From assembly GCF_003918875.1 (NCBI RefSeq), contig NW_025767236.1:186001-250000 (forward strand): a DNA stretch of 64,000 nucleotides, read 5' to 3'. This document shows, piece after piece, positions 61,560 through 64,000 of the stretch. The notes below the pieces were generated by a model, which was not told the DNA's origin, made no database searches, and saw only the letters and a list, made by a program, of their open reading frames with translations. How positions within the stretch are numbered: the first letter of the stretch is position 1; each line of letters begins with the position of its first letter. Source of the DNA: Haliotis rubra (Eukaryota). A program made the position numbers and the translations under genes.

Positions 61560-62960
61560 AGACGTTTCAGTGAGGCTGAAAAGTACGAGATCAAAACCCA
61601 CATCTTGCGCTCTTGACCATTTGCCTACATCTGTACTTCAGACCATCTTGATGTTCTCGTACTGACACAAGTCTTGAACTCTAGTGAAACCACTCTTGAA
61701 GATGCCAAACCTTGACTGCACCGTACTTGGCAATAACAGACCTGTATCCAGTGAATGTGAGGATGTCAGAACATCTCCAGCAACATGACATGTATCACCA
61801 TCTTCAGTCAGCCTATCGTGTTCACCACTCCACTGAGACTGCTCTTGTTAAGTCCTAAATGATCTACGACTTGGTTTTGACAACAGCAATCTTGGTATCT
61901 TCGATCCTCCATTTCAGTTCGGCTTTTGATACAATTGATCACGACATGCTCATTTATCGTCTCAGGTGTGATTTTCACATTGATGGCACCGCTCTCTGTT
62001 GGTTTAAGTCCTACCTAACGTCCCGCCGTCAGACTGTGCTCATAGATGGACACCACTCTGCCCCAGTCCATCTCAAACATGGTGTACCACAGGGATCGGT
62101 CGTGGGGCCGGTCCTCTTCACTTTGTATGTTAAGGAGTTTGGAAGTGTTATTGCCGAACACAACATAAATCGTCATCAATACGCAGATGACGCACATCTA
62201 TACAAGTGATTTCCTGCAGACCAAGAACAGCCATGTAGTGCACTAACAGACATGAGTCAATGCTGTGATGACGTTAAATCCTGGATGACCCACAACAAAC
62301 TTAAGCTCAACAGCAACAAGACAGAGTGCATTCTCCTTGGTCCAGAGAAGCGGAGGTCCAATCTGCCAAGACTCTTGTATTACCACTTGTAATGAGTAAA
62401 CTTGATTATTGTAACTGTTTACTGGCCGGTGCATCAAAGACCCAGATAGCCAATCTGCAGAGAGTGCAGAAGGCCGCCGCCTGCATCGTCACTGGCTCTG
62501 GAAAATATGAACACATTACTCCTATAGTGTACACTCTCCACTGGCTTCCAGTCGAGTTGCGGATCAAGTTTGAACTCATAAGCCTTGTTTTCCGCTGTCT
62601 CACTGGAACTGCACCTTCATATCTATCCAATCTTCTAACCGTGTACACGCCTTCCCGATCCCTCCGCTCACAGGATAAGATCTTGCTTGTTGTTCCCAAA
62701 GTAAACACAGTGATGTATGGAAAGAGGTCCTTCGTCCATGCGGGATCTATAGCCTGGAACAGTCTCCCACAGAGTCTCAGAGACTGTTATGACTTTCATA
62801 CCTTTAAATCCAATTTAAAAACACATGTTCAAGATGGCCTTTGAACTGTAGCTCTTTGCCTTTAATTTCATCTTACTGAACTCTTTGTATAGTGTAGCGC
62901 TTTGGACATGCTTAAGCATCGATATATGCGCGTTACAAATTTGCTGTTATTATTATTTTT
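61560..62960 (+). mobile_element. Decayed L2/CR1 LINE ORF2 3' part
   Basis: SAFDTIDH, GVPQGSVVGPVLF, YADD, LDYCN, HWLPV, YGKRSF; (TTA)n tail. Confidence 0.87.
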
Positions 62961-63721
62961 AACTGATAAAGATGAATATGCAGCAGAGAGGGTTCGGGTG
63001 ATCCTAGCAGTCAGGCTGGTAAGGCTCATCGTCAGCTCAGGGCCCTTGCCCCCTCTATAGTAATTACCTTTGTACTGAAATCTAAGCATACAATTGTTAA
63101 TTACAGTACATTCCCCGTTGTTTGCTGGTTTCACACATTGTACTCTACCGATTCCCACTTTATTGTTTTGTTTCAACCTGGGAATCATCACGTATATTTT
63201 AAATCATCGAGCAAAATGTCTATATAATGCTATGGCTTAGCCAGTGTGACGTTAAAAAGTAACTCACTCACTCACTCATTGAGTAGTACCATACACCAGA
63301 TACCACAACAAACCGTCGTATACCACATCAAACCGTGGTATACCAAACAAACCGTCGTATACCACATCAAACCGTCGCATACCAAACAAGCCGTCGTATC
63401 GTGAAACGAATGCATAGAACGAAATGTTTTCAGGAAGCAAGAATTCTTTATTTTAATCTCGTAACGTGAGCATCTTCGGGATCTCTTCCTCGGCTGCATT
63501 TCTCTTCTGTTTCGTAACGTCCATTCAGGAAATCCTATTTTGCCTCTCCACGTCTCAGGTTTTGGTCTATTTTCTATGAAAATGAAGAGTGAATGTGCAA
63601 TGAATGAATTTGGTTTTACATCGCATTGAACAGCAAGGGAGATAATTTACAAGTGCAACTCCTGTATGGTAAAGAATACTGCAATCAAGAGTATCAGCTT
63701 CTTTATGAATACCAGGCTGTA

Positions 63722-63876
63722 GAGTGAGTGAGTTTAGTTGCACGCCACTTTTGTCAATATTACAGCAATATCACAGCGGGGGACACCAGAAATGGGCATC
63801 ACACATTGTACCCATGTGGGAATCGAACCCGGGTCGACGAGCGAACGCTTTAACCACTAGGCTATTCCGCCACCCC
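63722..63876 (-). mobile_element. SINE family 1
   Basis: Reverse copy flanked by GGCTGTAGA/GGTTGTAGA. Confidence 0.85.
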
Positions 63877-64000
63877 ACGAGGTTGTAGAAGTTAAGAAAG
63901 GTAATATGGAAACAAATTTGGAAACTTGATGTCAGTTAACCTAGCACTGACTGGTCATGACAAATGGACCAAAGGAAGGCTGAAGTAATTAGCAAGGACA

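Overview
Eukaryotic, intron-rich and repeat-dense animal genomic DNA. It is probably a mollusc such as a gastropod, inferred only from the style of SINEs and repeats. Three spliced host genes were reconstructed by hand. Two are convergent paralogues of a PLP-dependent D-cysteine desulfhydrase/ACC-deaminase-family enzyme with matching internal exon lengths: copy A on + (exons 2-9, 3409-19290, exon 1 not found in the window) and copy B on - (9 exons, 36587-29740, 367 aa). The third is a NIMA-related (NEK1/3/5-like) kinase on + (9 exons, 41999-54562, about 627 aa) containing a U12-type intron. The rest is mobile and tandem DNA: a truncated Ty3/Gypsy element with 5' LTR, tRNA-Leu PBS and a -1 frameshift signal; three Tc1 copies; L2/CR1 and Harbinger relics; three SINE families; several MITEs; and many minisatellites. 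The most unusual signal is that three intronic minisatellites in desulfhydrase copy B are built from its own exon or splice-site sequence. One is an array of in-frame YnCAG|GT donor/acceptor units, and copy A carries a decayed, still in-frame duplicate of the same exon end. Most long ORFs in the supplied track over repeats are artefacts.
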